The notes: generated from the letters alone by a model not told the origin. Counted from the first letter of the stretch, positions 50,004 to 61,070 are shown. The stretch is 64,000 nt of DNA from Thermoproteota archaeon (GCA_032249235.1 JAVVGF010000003.1:150691-214690), one strand, 5' to 3'. A program made the numbers and translations.

Positions 50004-51426
50004 ATGTAATTAGCAAAGGTACAGGGCTTGGATTCATGACTCCAGCAAAATAAAATCTTCCATCTTCTAAAGTTAGGAGATAGTCTGCAGTAATTCCATA
50101 TGGTTCAAGCCAATCCCGTGCTCCTCCTTGACTTGAAGCATCTAAAGGATGCAAACGACCATAAAAGTTGGTATTGAGATTTCTTCTAACTGCTGCATTT
50201 ATTCCTATTTCACCTGCTATTCCTTGTGCTATTAAAGTAAGGTTAAGCTTATGCTTTCTTCCCAATGCAGCCAAATTTTTAATTTCCTCTGTAACTTTCT
50301 TTTGAATTCCATCAGGATTGAAAGGGCAATATTGAGGAGCTTCATCGATTATTAAAGCCAAGTATAGATCTATTCCTTTTAACATCATGTTATGCAATTG
50401 TGATGATAACGTTAAAAAGAAGCTCAATTTGATCTTCGATGAGAAACCTGACATGTCTATTACAACTAGCTTATTTTGTTCGATTAAATCGAATATAGAT
50501 GTAAGCTCAATATTACCCATTAAATGCTTTATTTGCTCAGGAGTTACTTTACTTAATGCTCTTCTAAAAGCTCTTTCATAAGCAGTCCTGAACCTATTAT
50601 CTACTTCAAATTCTCTAAGATGATTCTCTAAGACTATTTTTAATTGATATTCATCTTTACCTTTTATTCTTTCATGCCATCTAGAAACGAAATCTTCTAT
50701 AGCAGATTCTAGATTTTTATTGTCATAGAAATTATCAGTCAAATCAGCAAAGTAATCAAAAATTGCTTGACTATCCATCTTAATTTGAGAAATCTTGATT
50801 ACATTATCCTTAAAATAAGGAACGTAATCAACACCGCTCCAATCTAAAACTAAAACTTTATATTTGTTTTTAAGATAGAAAGGTATCAGAACTTTCCTCG
50901 TAAACCAAGATTTACCTGTTCCTGTAGTACCGAAAATTCCTACATGATATGGTATATAAAATGCATCTGCAGGCACTTTCCAATTTCTATGTCCTTCTAA
51001 ATATGCATCTAAATAAGAAAGTTCTTTGCATGAGTTTTTTATTAATTCGCATGGATTCTCGTTTTCTTCAAATAAATAAACAGAAGATCTAGGTTGTATT
51101 ATATACCTATTCGGTACCAGCTTTTCTTCACTCCTAAATGAACCGATGGGGATTATTTCAAAAGAATAAATTTCTCTTGAGCTAGATGGTTCGCCACCTA
51201 CTTTTGCATAGGCTATATCAGGTCTATATCTTGAAGGATTTAACAATTCGTTCTTGCCTGAACCTTTCCTTAAAATTCCAATTATTTTATTAATAGGATT
51301 CTCTTCTGAACCATTGTAGATAAGCACTATAGCTTCTCTTTCTATTATATCTTCAAATCCATGCATAAGGATTACTCTAGCTCTAGTTTCACTACTATCA
51401 TCAGCAATAATTCCAATTTTTTTCAC
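49993..51426 (-). CDS. HerA-family ATPase (HAS barrel plus motor domain)
   Basis: HVGIFGTTGTGKS, VLDWSG, LIIDEAPQY, GRKH, IAQ. Confidence 0.88.
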   Translation of the reverse strand: MKKIGIIADDSSETRARVILMHGFEDIIEREAIVLIYNGSEENPINKIIGILRKGSGKNELLNPSRYRPDIAYAKVGGEPSSSREIYSFEIIPIGSFRSEEKLVPNRYIIQPRSSVYLFEENENPCELIKNSCKELSYLDAYLEGHRNWKVPADAFYIPYHVGIFGTTGTGKSWFTRKVLIPFYLKNKYKVLVLDWSGVDYVPYFKDNVIKISQIKMDSQAIFDYFADLTDNFYDNKNLESAIEDFVSRWHERIKGKDEYQLKIVLENHLREFEVDNRFRTAYERAFRRALSKVTPEQIKHLMGNIELTSIFDLIEQNKLVVIDMSGFSSKIKLSFFLTLSSQLHNMMLKGIDLYLALIIDEAPQYCPFNPDGIQKKVTEEIKNLAALGRKHKLNLTLIAQGIAGEIGINAAVRRNLNTNFYGRLHPLDASSQGGARDWLEPYGITADYLLTLEDGRFYFAGVMNPSPVPLLITYDI

Positions 51427-51623
51427 ATGGTAAAATAATTATTAAATTTTTTAAATATTTGTTTACTTAATTGAAGTAAAGTTTAATCTTTTTTGAAGAA
51501 TGAAGCAAAATATTCGAGAAGACTTTTAATTTAATTGAAATAAAAATAATTTAGCTTGAAACATGCGAGATTAAAACTTAGTTCAAGGCTATACGATATA
51601 TTATTAAATAATCAATTCTTAAT

Positions 51624-52975
51624 ATGATGAAATCTAGGAAGGATTTCGACGTAATAATAGTTGGAGCAGGTATAGCTGGAGCTTCTTTGTTATTCATTTT
51701 ATCACGTTTTTCAAATGTCAGAAACATTGGCTTGTTAGAAAAAGAAAAAGATATAGCTAAAGGCAATTCGTATTTTGAATATAATAGTAAAACGTTACAT
51801 GAAGGTTTTGCTGAAACAAATTATAGCTTTGCTAAAATGAAAAGAATGAAGTTCGCTTCCTCAATGGTTAAGAATTATTTAGTTAAAAGATTTGGATTCA
51901 TTCCTAACTTTCATGAGTTTAAAGGAAGCGTAGCTTATCATTTGCCTTTCTTCGTTATTGCTATCGAAAACGAAATTGATTTTTTAGAGAAGAAATTTGA
52001 ACAAATAAAAATGCTATTTCCTGATGTAGAGCTCATTTCAAAAAAAGAACTTGAAATAATGGAGCCGAAAATAATCGAAGGTAGAAAAGAAGAGATAGTT
52101 GCACTATACAAGAAAAATGGAGTGGCTATAAATTTTGGAAGTTTGGCTAAATATCTAATAAATGATTCACTTAATGAAAATATACCAATTTATTTAGATA
52201 ATGAAGTTAGAGATATAAAAATAATAGATGATAAGATTATAGTCAAAACAAATAAAGAAGAATTCTCATGTAATTTTTTAATTTTTACAGCTTCTTCAAA
52301 TAGTTATTATTTTGCAAAAAAGATGGGATTTCTAAATGAATATGGTCTTATTCATGTTAGAGGAAATTACTACAGATATCCTTTAGTATTGAGGAGCAAA
52401 GTATATAGAGTACAGACAGAGAAAATACCTTTCGTTGAAGTACATGCAGATCCAAATCCTTTCATAGCTGAACCAATTTTAGAGCTTGGACCTACAGCTG
52501 AGTTATGTTTTTCTAAAGAATTGCTAAAAGATTTCGATTTGGAATATTTTATTGAAGATTTCCTTTCAAATTACCGTTTGATGAATTCTTTAGTAAATTT
52601 ACTTAAAGAAAGCGAGATAAGAAGATTCATGTTTAAAAACCTTTTTACAAATTACCTTTGCTTGGCAAGAAGTTCTTTGCTGAAGAAGTGAGAAAAATCA
52701 TTCCAAAATTGAAGCATGAGCATTTAGTATTTAAAAAAGGAGGTATAAGACCGCAGCTCATCGATATTAAAAATAAGAAAATGCTCCTTGGAGAAAGAAA
52801 TTTCTATTTTGGAAAGTTAGTTTTTTGCATTACACCTTCTCCAGGCGCAAGTGCTTCATTGCTCAATGCATATGAGATAAGTAGTTATGTTTGTAAAGAG
52901 CTAGGTAAAAAATTCTATGAAGATGAATTCATAAATTATTTTAAAATTGAAAAAGAATACATCAAGTTAAGGTAG
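51624..52975 (+). pseudogene. Malate:quinone oxidoreductase / L-2-hydroxyglutarate oxidase-like flavoprotein split by a 1-nt deletion
   Basis: IVGAGIAG, NSKTLHEG.AETNY, VHADP, GPTA. An extra T at 52642-52646 restores NLFYKLPLLGKK...GGIRPQ...ITPSPGAS. Confidence 0.8.
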
Positions 52976-54242
52976 CATAAAATTCTTTTTTAGCATAGAA
53001 TTCCTCAGACAAGTATGCTCTTTCACCATTTATGACAAGCTCTTTAGGAAGCTTCCTTGAATTATATCGAGAAGCCATTGAATAACCGTATGCTCCTGCA
53101 CAAAGAATGGCTAAGACATCTCCTTCTTTTACTTTAGGTAGTTTCCTTTTCACTGCAAATATATCTCCAGTCTCACAAAGGTTACCTACAACACTGACCT
53201 CTTCAAGCTCACCTTCAACGTTATTACAATTTATAATCTCATGATAAGAATTGTACAAGACTGGTCTGATCAAATGATTAAACCCGCTATTTACACCTAC
53301 AATAACATGGCCATATCTTTTCTTAACTTCTGTAACTTTTACTAGCAATACACCTGCATCAGCAACGATATATCTTCCAGGTTCAAATGAAACAGCATTT
53401 GTATCGATATCTTTCAAAATCTCAAAGATGTTGCTAGCATAATATTCTAAAGGGAATTCGTTTTGGTCTTCCTTATATTTAACTCCAGGCCCGCCTCCTA
53501 AATCGAGAAAATCAAGATCGATTCCAAATTTTGACTTAATTTCTTTTGCTTTATTAACTAAGATCTTAACAGTTTCTAAAAATTCATCAACTTCTTCCTT
53601 TCTTGACCAGTTAGAACCAACGTGTTCGTGCAATCCTTTAATATCGAATCCTAAATTTATTGCTAATCTAATTACAGAATCTAGTTCATCAATAGGTATT
53701 GAGAATTTTATAGGATGACCATGCGCTTCAATACCTGCAGTTATTGTTTTCCAACTGTGACCAACACCTTTTATTCCAGGATCTATTCGAAAAGAAATTT
53801 CGTTTTTCATATCTAATTCCTTCATTTTCAAAAGACAGGAAAGAGAGTCGACGTTTATTCTTATTTTGAAAGGTTTTACTTGTAATAAATCGTCATAGCT
53901 TAAACTTGAACCTGTAAATAAAATCTTATTTTCTTCAAAGCCTAAACTAATAGCAAGCAAAACTTCTTCAGGCGAAACCGCATCTATCCAACAACCTTTT
54001 TCTTTGAGTATTTTAAGCAAGTATGTATTAGAATTGGCTTTCATTGAATAATGAACTCTAACTTCTCTATCAGCATATTTTTTAAGCATATTATAAAATC
54101 TTTGATAGTTCTCTAGAACCCTTTTTGCATTATACACGTATATCGGCGTTCCAAAGCGATTAGCTAAATTAACTGCAGAATAATTTGCAATGTATAATTC
54201 ATTGTTTTTAATTTCCAAATGTCCTTTAATCTCCCACCACAT
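52962..54242 (-). CDS. lysA: Diaminopimelate decarboxylase
   Basis: GTPIYVY, YSMKAN, HVGS, DLGGG, EPGRY, GNLCETGD, GAYG. Confidence 0.95.
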   Translation of the reverse strand: MWWEIKGHLEIKNNELYIANYSAVNLANRFGTPIYVYNAKRVLENYQRFYNMLKKYADREVRVHYSMKANSNTYLLKILKEKGCWIDAVSPEEVLLAISLGFEENKILFTGSSLSYDDLLQVKPFKIRINVDSLSCLLKMKELDMKNEISFRIDPGIKGVGHSWKTITAGIEAHGHPIKFSIPIDELDSVIRLAINLGFDIKGLHEHVGSNWSRKEEVDEFLETVKILVNKAKEIKSKFGIDLDFLDLGGGPGVKYKEDQNEFPLEYYASNIFEILKDIDTNAVSFEPGRYIVADAGVLLVKVTEVKKRYGHVIVGVNSGFNHLIRPVLYNSYHEIINCNNVEGELEEVSVVGNLCETGDIFAVKRKLPKVKEGDVLAILCAGAYGYSMASRYNSRKLPKELVINGERAYLSEEFYAKKEFYATLT

Positions 54243-55026
54243 CTAAATATGCTTCTCCCTTCAAGACATATGTTACAGGACCCTTCATGATCACGCCTTC
54301 ATCTGTAATTTTAATGAATAAACTTCCTCCTGGTAACTTAACTTCTACTTCCTTATCTGTATACCCATAATAATTCGCTATGAAAGCTGTTGCACATGCG
54401 CCTGAACCACATGCCAAAGTCATGCCTGCACCCCTTTCCCAAACGTATAATTTTATCTTTTTCATATCTTCGATATAGGCGAATTCAACATTAGTTCTAT
54501 TAGGGAATTCTTTATGATTTTCTATGAAGAAACCATAATCCAATGTATATTGCTTTAATTTATCCTTTTCATTGCTGAATATAATAAAATGAGGATTGCC
54601 AATCGAAGCCTTTACGCCTTTGAATTTCTTAGTGCCAATTTCTATTTCAGCTTCTCCGATTATCTCAACTTTTCCCATATTAACACTTACCATGTTTCCT
54701 TCAACAAAGGTTTTAACAATACGAGAACCGACTTCGATTTCTGCCTCGCTTCCTGCATAGTCTTTATCGAGCAAATATTTAGCGAACATCCTAATTCCGT
54801 TTCCGCACATTTCAGCTTCGCTTCCATCTGGATTGAATATTCGCATTTTATATTTTGCTAGTTTACCTTTATTGAGTACTAAGATTCCATCAGAACCTAT
54901 GCCGAAATTCTTATCAGAAAGTACGACTGCGATTTCTCTATAGTAATCTTCTAACTTTGAATCTAAATCTTCAATAATTATGTAACTATTTCCCAATGCA
55001 TGCATTTTCGTTACTTGAATTTTCAT
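54226..55026 (-). CDS. dapF: Diaminopimelate epimerase
   Basis: KMHALGN, GIGSDG, AEMCGNG, GNPH, ERGAGMTLACGSG. Confidence 0.96.
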   Translation of the reverse strand: MKIQVTKMHALGNSYIIIEDLDSKLEDYYREIAVVLSDKNFGIGSDGILVLNKGKLAKYKMRIFNPDGSEAEMCGNGIRMFAKYLLDKDYAGSEAEIEVGSRIVKTFVEGNMVSVNMGKVEIIGEAEIEIGTKKFKGVKASIGNPHFIIFSNEKDKLKQYTLDYGFFIENHKEFPNRTNVEFAYIEDMKKIKLYVWERGAGMTLACGSGACATAFIANYYGYTDKEVEVKLPGGSLFIKITDEGVIMKGPVTYVLKGEAYLDVVGD

Positions 55027-56195
55027 AGCTTTTCTTTTATAATCTCAGAAGCTAATTTAATATACTCATCGTTTGCAACCAAAGCGAATCTGATAAACCT
55101 ATTGGCTTCTTCATCTTCATTTAAAGCCAAATATTTTCCTGGCGTAGCGTTAATTCCGATTTTATTTTTCTCATCTAAACTAAGCAATCTTTTTGCAAAA
55201 CTAATGGAATCATTGACTTTAGCCCAAATATATATCGTGGCTTCAGAATAACATTTTATTCCCTTGCTTTCTAAAGCTTCTTTAAGCATAGTTCTTCTTC
55301 TTGAATAAACCTTTCTCATATACTCAACATGGCTATCATTTTTGAACGCATAAATCGCAGCTTCTTGCAACACATTAGCTATTCCTGAATCGATTTGAGT
55401 TTTTAATGCTGTAAAATATTTTATTATCTCTTCACCTCCAACGACGAAACCGACTCTTAAGCCAGTAGCGTTATTTCTTTTGGACAATGAATGAAATGCG
55501 ACAAGATTGCTCCAGTCATTTGAAGCTTCAAGTATTGAAGGTGGTGATTCATTTTCATAAATATCGATGTATGCTTCATCAGAAGCGACTAACACATTAT
55601 GTTTTCTTGAAATTGCTACCAATTCAGCATAGAAATCTCTTCTTGCAATAACGGTTGTTGGATTATTTGGATAATTTATCCACATTATCTTTGGCTTATA
55701 TTTTTTCATCAAATCTTCTATCTCATTCAAATCAGGCAAGAAGTGATTTTCCTCTCTAATTTGATAATAGATTGGTATACCGTTTGCAAATATGGTTCCA
55801 GATTTATAAGGAGGATAACCTATTGAAGGTATCAATACACGATCTCCTTGATTAAGAAAAGCTAACGGAAAATGAAATATTGCTTCTTTTGAACCGCTCG
55901 TTACGATGATTTGTTTTTTATAATCGACATCTAATTTGAATCTCCTTTTTAGCCATTCAGCAATAGTATATTTGAGTTCTTCGCGACCGTCATAAGGAGG
56001 ATAACCGCTTTTAACATGCTTTTCAGCACCTTTCTTTAAACCTTCTAAAATACCTTCATACATAGGATCGCTAGGATCGCCAACACCGAGATCTATTATT
56101 CGATATCCTTTTTTTAAGAAATCTTGTTTGATCTTATCAACTTCAGCAAAACTGTAACTGAGGAATTGTTTTAATGTATCGCTAGGCTCGATCAT
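55023..56195 (-). CDS. LL-diaminopimelate aminotransferase-type class I/II aminotransferase
   Basis: DLGVGDP, GSKEAIFH, NYPNNPT, SDEAY, HSLSK; sits between asd and dapF. Confidence 0.8.
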   Translation of the reverse strand: MIEPSDTLKQFLSYSFAEVDKIKQDFLKKGYRIIDLGVGDPSDPMYEGILEGLKKGAEKHVKSGYPPYDGREELKYTIAEWLKRRFKLDVDYKKQIIVTSGSKEAIFHFPLAFLNQGDRVLIPSIGYPPYKSGTIFANGIPIYYQIREENHFLPDLNEIEDLMKKYKPKIMWINYPNNPTTVIARRDFYAELVAISRKHNVLVASDEAYIDIYENESPPSILEASNDWSNLVAFHSLSKRNNATGLRVGFVVGGEEIIKYFTALKTQIDSGIANVLQEAAIYAFKNDSHVEYMRKVYSRRRTMLKEALESKGIKCYSEATIYIWAKVNDSISFAKRLLSLDEKNKIGINATPGKYLALNEDEEANRFIRFALVANDEYIKLASEIIKEKL

Positions 56196-57271
56196 ATCAT
56201 ATTCTTATATTTCAATAATTCTGCAATCAAGATAGCTCCACCTGCTCCTCCTCTTATAGTGTTATTTCCTAGAACTAAAAACTTATAATCTAGCACATTG
56301 CATTTTCTGATTCTTCCTACTACTGAAGCCATGCCGTTAGCTAAATTTCTATCAAGCCTTGGTTGCGGCCTATCTTCTTCTTTTAGTATTATGATGGGCT
56401 TTACATGTGAAGGAAGTTGATATTTTTTCAAAGGATCGAAATCATCTAAACAACCGATGAATTCATCCATGCTTGGCTTATTTTCTAGTTCAACAGATAC
56501 AGATTCCATATGGCCATCACTTACGAATACTCTATTACAAGTTGCGCTAACAGATATGTTCGCAAAATTTATTCTTCCATTTTCTACTTTTCCTAGTATT
56601 TTCAAAGTTTCGTTCTCTATTTTATCTTCTTCTAGAGGAATGTAAGGGATTATATTATCGATAATGTCTAAAGATGCGACTCCTGGATAACCTGCACCGC
56701 TTAGAGCTTGCATAGTTGTTACGATTACTTTTCTAATTTTGAACTTTTCATGAAGAGGTTTCAAAACTAGACAAAGATGAGTAGTTGAGCAATTGGGATG
56801 GGTAACTATAAATCCTTTGAAACCTCTTCTCCTTTTTTGTACTTCAATTAGCTGCAAGCTCTCAGGATTCACTTCAGGGATTAGCAAAGGAACATCTTCA
56901 TCCATTCTATGATTTCTAGCATTACTTATCACAACATAGCCTTCCTTTGCGAACTCTTCTTCAATAGGCCCTGCAACGCTTGCATCTAATGCTGAGAATA
57001 CTATTTTACAATCAAGATTTGGTTTACATTCTTTTACTACTTTACCTTTAACTTCATGAGGAATTTCTCCTCCTAGCTTCCATCTATGCTTCATTACTTC
57101 CTCATACGTTTTACCTGCAGACTTTTCTGAGGCAGCCAATTCTGTAATCTCGAACCAAGGATGATTTGACAGTAGTTTTATGTATCTTTGACCGACAATT
57201 CCTGTTGCCCCTAAAATACCTACAGGTATCCTATTCATTTTCGAAAAACACCTCGTGCAATTCTCTAACAC
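56192..57271 (-). CDS. asd: Aspartate-semialdehyde dehydrogenase
   Basis: GATGIVGQ, PNCST, QALSGAGYPG, RPQPRLDR; real start is probably MNRIPVG. Confidence 0.95.
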   Translation of the reverse strand: MLENCTRCFSKMNRIPVGILGATGIVGQRYIKLLSNHPWFEITELAASEKSAGKTYEEVMKHRWKLGGEIPHEVKGKVVKECKPNLDCKIVFSALDASVAGPIEEEFAKEGYVVISNARNHRMDEDVPLLIPEVNPESLQLIEVQKRRRGFKGFIVTHPNCSTTHLCLVLKPLHEKFKIRKVIVTTMQALSGAGYPGVASLDIIDNIIPYIPLEEDKIENETLKILGKVENGRINFANISVSATCNRVFVSDGHMESVSVELENKPSMDEFIGCLDDFDPLKKYQLPSHVKPIIILKEEDRPQPRLDRNLANGMASVVGRIRKCNVLDYKFLVLGNNTIRGGAGGAILIAELLKYKNMI

Positions 57272-58550
57272 ATAAATCAGCCAATTCTTGATTTACCACA
57301 AAGCTTATGTTTATCTTTGAAGAACCTGCAGATATCATTTCAATATTTATTCCTTTTTCACCTAGAACTGAGAAAGCCCTTCCTGCAATGTTCGGTTCTT
57401 GATTTATTTCTTTACCTACTAATGAAATCGATGCTCTTGAAGTATATAATTCAACATCAGCAATTTCCTTGAGATCTTTAATCAAATCTTCAACATCGTA
57501 TTTATCTTCAAAAGTTAATGATACGTTTACTTCAGAAGTCGATATTAGATCAACAGATATCTTATGTTTATTGAATACCTCAAATATTTTGTATAGATAA
57601 CCATATGCTAAGAACATTTTAGGAGTATGTATATTGATAACATTGATATTTTTCTTTGATACAATCGCAATAACCTTTCTTTTTCTTTCAACGTTTGCAA
57701 CAATATAAGTTCCTTTATTAGAAGGATTGAAAGAATTCAAAATTCTAATAGGTATGCTTTTCCTCTTTGCAGGCAAAAGAGTCTTAGGATGCAATACTTT
57801 CGCCCCGAAATATGCTAATTCATAAGCTTCTTCATAAGTTAACGCATCTATGACTCTTGCATTAGGACAAACTTTAGGATCAGCCGTCATAACTCCATCA
57901 ACATCTGTCCATATTTGAACTTCCTCAGCATTGACAGCCGCACCGATTATCGTAGCGGTATAATCACTACCTCCACGACCTAGCGTTGTTATCCTTCCTT
58001 TTAGATCTTTGCCTATGAAACCAGTTATTACAGGAATGCAATTCCTTAAGTTTGATAAGTTTTTATTAATAATTTCATAAGATTGCTCGAGTACTTCAGC
58101 ATTTCCAAAATTTGAATCTGTAATTAATCCTATGTCATAAGCATTGAATTGTTTTGCATTCATTCCAGTATCATTGAGATATTCAGCTATTATTTTAGAA
58201 GAAATTCTTTCGCCGAAAGACATGACTAAATCCAAAATCTTTGCATTAAGCTCTTTTAGATAGCTTATTCCTTTTAATACAACTTCTAATTCTTTGAACT
58301 CTTCTTTTACAATATCAAAGCTTATCCCTAATTCATCCATAACTTTAAGATGCCTATTAACAATCCAATCTAGATTAACATCTCCTTTTAATGCATTGTA
58401 TGCTAAATTTATTAGATGATCGGTTACACCGTTAAAAGCTGAAACTACTATGATTGGATTTCTATGAATATTTTCGCTTGCAATTTTAGCTAGATTCTTT
58501 ATTCTTTCTGCACTACCTACTGAGGTGCCTCCGAATTTCATCACAATCAT
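57231..58550 (-). CDS. lysC: Aspartate kinase
   Basis: MKFGGTSVG, TTLGRGGSD, WTDVDG, GAKVLHP, two ACT domains. Confidence 0.96.
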   Translation of the reverse strand: MIVMKFGGTSVGSAERIKNLAKIASENIHRNPIIVVSAFNGVTDHLINLAYNALKGDVNLDWIVNRHLKVMDELGISFDIVKEEFKELEVVLKGISYLKELNAKILDLVMSFGERISSKIIAEYLNDTGMNAKQFNAYDIGLITDSNFGNAEVLEQSYEIINKNLSNLRNCIPVITGFIGKDLKGRITTLGRGGSDYTATIIGAAVNAEEVQIWTDVDGVMTADPKVCPNARVIDALTYEEAYELAYFGAKVLHPKTLLPAKRKSIPIRILNSFNPSNKGTYIVANVERKRKVIAIVSKKNINVINIHTPKMFLAYGYLYKIFEVFNKHKISVDLISTSEVNVSLTFEDKYDVEDLIKDLKEIADVELYTSRASISLVGKEINQEPNIAGRAFSVLGEKGINIEMISAGSSKINISFVVNQELADLCVRELHEVFFENE

Positions 58551-58551
58551 T

Positions 58552-59295
58552 TCAAATCAACTCGCTGAAGACATCAATGAAATTATAAAAACCCTTCTTA
58601 TTTATGATCCATTTCGCAGCTAGTAATGCGCCAAGAGCAAAACCTTTTCTATTTTTTGCTTCATGTTTTAGCTCTATGTTATCGAATTCGCTATCGAAGC
58701 CTACTACATGAAGACCAAAAACATGACCTGCTCTTATGCTTGCTACGTGCAATTCTTCAGGTTCTATTCTTCTGTTTATCACTTCAGCTAAAATCTTCTT
58801 TTTTCTCTCGATTTTGCTTAGTAATATGTTAGCAATTTGAAGGGCAGTTCCAGAAGGGGAATCTATTTTCTTATTATGATGGATCTCATAAACATAAACA
58901 TCATACCATTTAGCTTTGTTAAACAATTCCGCAGCCTTGTTAATCATTGCGAAGAATAAGTTCACACCTATTGAGAAGTTGGGACTATATATGAAACCTA
59001 TCTCATTTTCTTCAACTATCTTTTTAACGATGTTTATCTTATCATACCAACCCGTAGTGCCCATTACAATGTTACGTTTCAACTTAGCAAGCTTCTCAAC
59101 ATTGCTTACGACAGCATCAGCTCTCGAAAAATCCAATGCTACATCGACATTTTTAAGAGCTTCATGCGTAATTTCTCTATGCGTTGCCTCAGGATCTGTT
59201 GGATCTATGATTGAAACAACGTTTATTTTATTTTCTTTCGCAACTTCATGAATCGCTCTGCCCATTTTTCCATAACCTATTATTGCAATATTCAT
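58552..59295 (-). CDS. dapB: 4-hydroxy-tetrahydrodipicolinate reductase
   Basis: GYGKMG, GTTGW, PNFSIG, EIHHNKKIDSPSGTA. Confidence 0.96.
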   Translation of the reverse strand: MNIAIIGYGKMGRAIHEVAKENKINVVSIIDPTDPEATHREITHEALKNVDVALDFSRADAVVSNVEKLAKLKRNIVMGTTGWYDKINIVKKIVEENEIGFIYSPNFSIGVNLFFAMINKAAELFNKAKWYDVYVYEIHHNKKIDSPSGTALQIANILLSKIERKKKILAEVINRRIEPEELHVASIRAGHVFGLHVVGFDSEFDNIELKHEAKNRKGFALGALLAAKWIINKKGFYNFIDVFSELI

Positions 59296-60196
59296 TTCAG
59301 TTTGAAGTAATCTTGGTATTGTGAAAGGATTTTTTTGAGCTTTTCTAAATTATGAGGTTGCATATTGCAAAGTGGTAATCTGCATGGACCAGCTTTCATA
59401 CCTGCAAGGTTCATCATGGTTTTAATTGGTATCGGATTTGTTTCGATAAAAGCAGCTTTGAAAAGAGGAAGTAAGCGATAATGCAATTCTTTCGCTCTTT
59501 GAAAATCTCCTTTCAATGCAGATTCGACCATTTCAACCAAAGGTTTTGGAAGTATATTACTGATAACGGATATCACGCCCTTACCTCCTAAAGCCATTAT
59601 TGGAAGGGTAAGGTTATCATCACCGCTTAAAACAACTAATCTACTACCTAAAGCTTCAATAATATCCATAACTTGTGCGATGTTTCCTGAAGCTTCTTTA
59701 ACAGCTACGATATTGTCAAACTGAGATAATCTAACTAAGGTCTGCACCTCAATGTTTACCCCTGTCCTTCCAGGAATGTTATAGATAATGATTGGTATAT
59801 TAACTGATTCGCTAATTGCTTTGAAATGTAAATACAAGCCCTCTTGAGTAGGTTTATTGTAATACGGCGCAACAACAAGTAAGCCATCAGCTCCGAGATC
59901 TTGGGCTTCTTTTGATAGATGAATAGCTTCTTCTGTTGAATTAGTACCAGTGCCCACAATCACAGGTATTTTTCCATTTGCTTCATCGATTACTGTTTTT
60001 ATTATCAGTTTCCTTTCTTCTTCTCTGATTGTAGGAGACTCTCCAGTAGTTCCTAAAGGAACCAATCCATGGATTCCGTTTTCTATTTGGAATCTTACAT
60101 TTTCTCTTAAAGCTTCTAAATCAAGAGAAAGGTCTTGCCTAAAAGGCGTTACTAATGCTGTTAGTACACCAACAAATCTACTATTTCTTTCCCCAT
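59292..60196 (-). CDS. dapA: 4-hydroxy-tetrahydrodipicolinate synthase; start codon is out of frame by 1 nt
   Basis: GTTGES, PYYNKP, YNIPGRTG, KEASG, SGDD, ETNPIP. The frame extends upstream of 60065 (FVGVLTALVTPF). The only nearby ATG (60196) needs +1 nt in the G4 run. Confidence 0.92.
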
Positions 60197-60408
60197 TGAA
60201 AAGATGGTTTATTTTTTAAGTATTTAAATCTTTCGTTTTTTATTATAGGAATCAAGAAGGTCTTTCCATTAATCATGAATTATTAAATTACAGTAGCATT
60301 ATCTAAACTTTAAGTAATTCAATATTTTAAAAGAGAAAATGTGGATAATCACCTCCAAAAATTTTATTTTTGATATTCTAATATTGAATGTAAGCTATAT
60401 ATTACTAG

Positions 60409-61035
60409 ATGGATGGGCCAGTTGAAGTGAAGATACTTTTAAAAAGATATGATTGTAAAGTCATGGAACATCTTCAAGACGAGAAATTGGTGATTTCAAA
60501 GATTATTGTAAGAGATAAATTTTCTGATCATTTGATAAACGGTCAAATAAGCTCTGAGATGGAAGAAAAATTAAAGGAAAGCGGTATAAAAACGATCAAA
60601 ATGCCAGATAAGGGAACATGGGTAAGGACTACAAGTTGCTCTGCTTGCAAGTTCTTAGGAAGCACAGATGCAATAATATTGAGTGCAACACCCTTATCAA
60701 GATATGAAATTGTTTATAGATTAATAGTCCCCCCTCTAGGTTATTTAAAGCAAATATTAAAAGGATTGGGAGACTTAGGTTTACAGCCAAAAATAATTGA
60801 ACTAAAAAGATTAACGCCAACTAACAAGAGATCAGAAGAAGAGCTCACCGAGAGACAACTTCAAGCATTAATTCTTGCATACAAGAAAGGTTATTTTGAT
60901 GATGATAGAAAAATTACCCTTACTGGGCTGGCTAAAATTCTTGGAATTTCTCCTTCTTCTGCTCAAGAATTAATGAAAAGGGCTATGAAAAAAGTTGTGA
61001 AAGCATATTTAAAGCATTTTGAAGAAAATCCATAA
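60409..61035 (+). CDS. HTH-10 (Bat-like) archaeal transcriptional regulator
   Basis: LTERQLQALILAYKKGYFD..RKITL..LA..LGIS. Confidence 0.88.
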   Translation: MDGPVEVKILLKRYDCKVMEHLQDEKLVISKIIVRDKFSDHLINGQISSEMEEKLKESGIKTIKMPDKGTWVRTTSCSACKFLGSTDAIILSATPLSRYEIVYRLIVPPLGYLKQILKGLGDLGLQPKIIELKRLTPTNKRSEEELTERQLQALILAYKKGYFDDDRKITLTGLAKILGISPSSAQELMKRAMKKVVKAYLKHFEENP

Positions 61036-61051
61036 AATATTTAAATATTGT

Positions 61052-61065
61052 TTTCGATATCGAAA
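61052..61065. promoter_or_regulatory. Palindromic candidate PadR operator
   Basis: TTTCGATATCGAAA between an ATTTAAAT TATA-like box and the padR ATG. Confidence 0.5.
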
Positions 61066-61070
61066 TCGAT

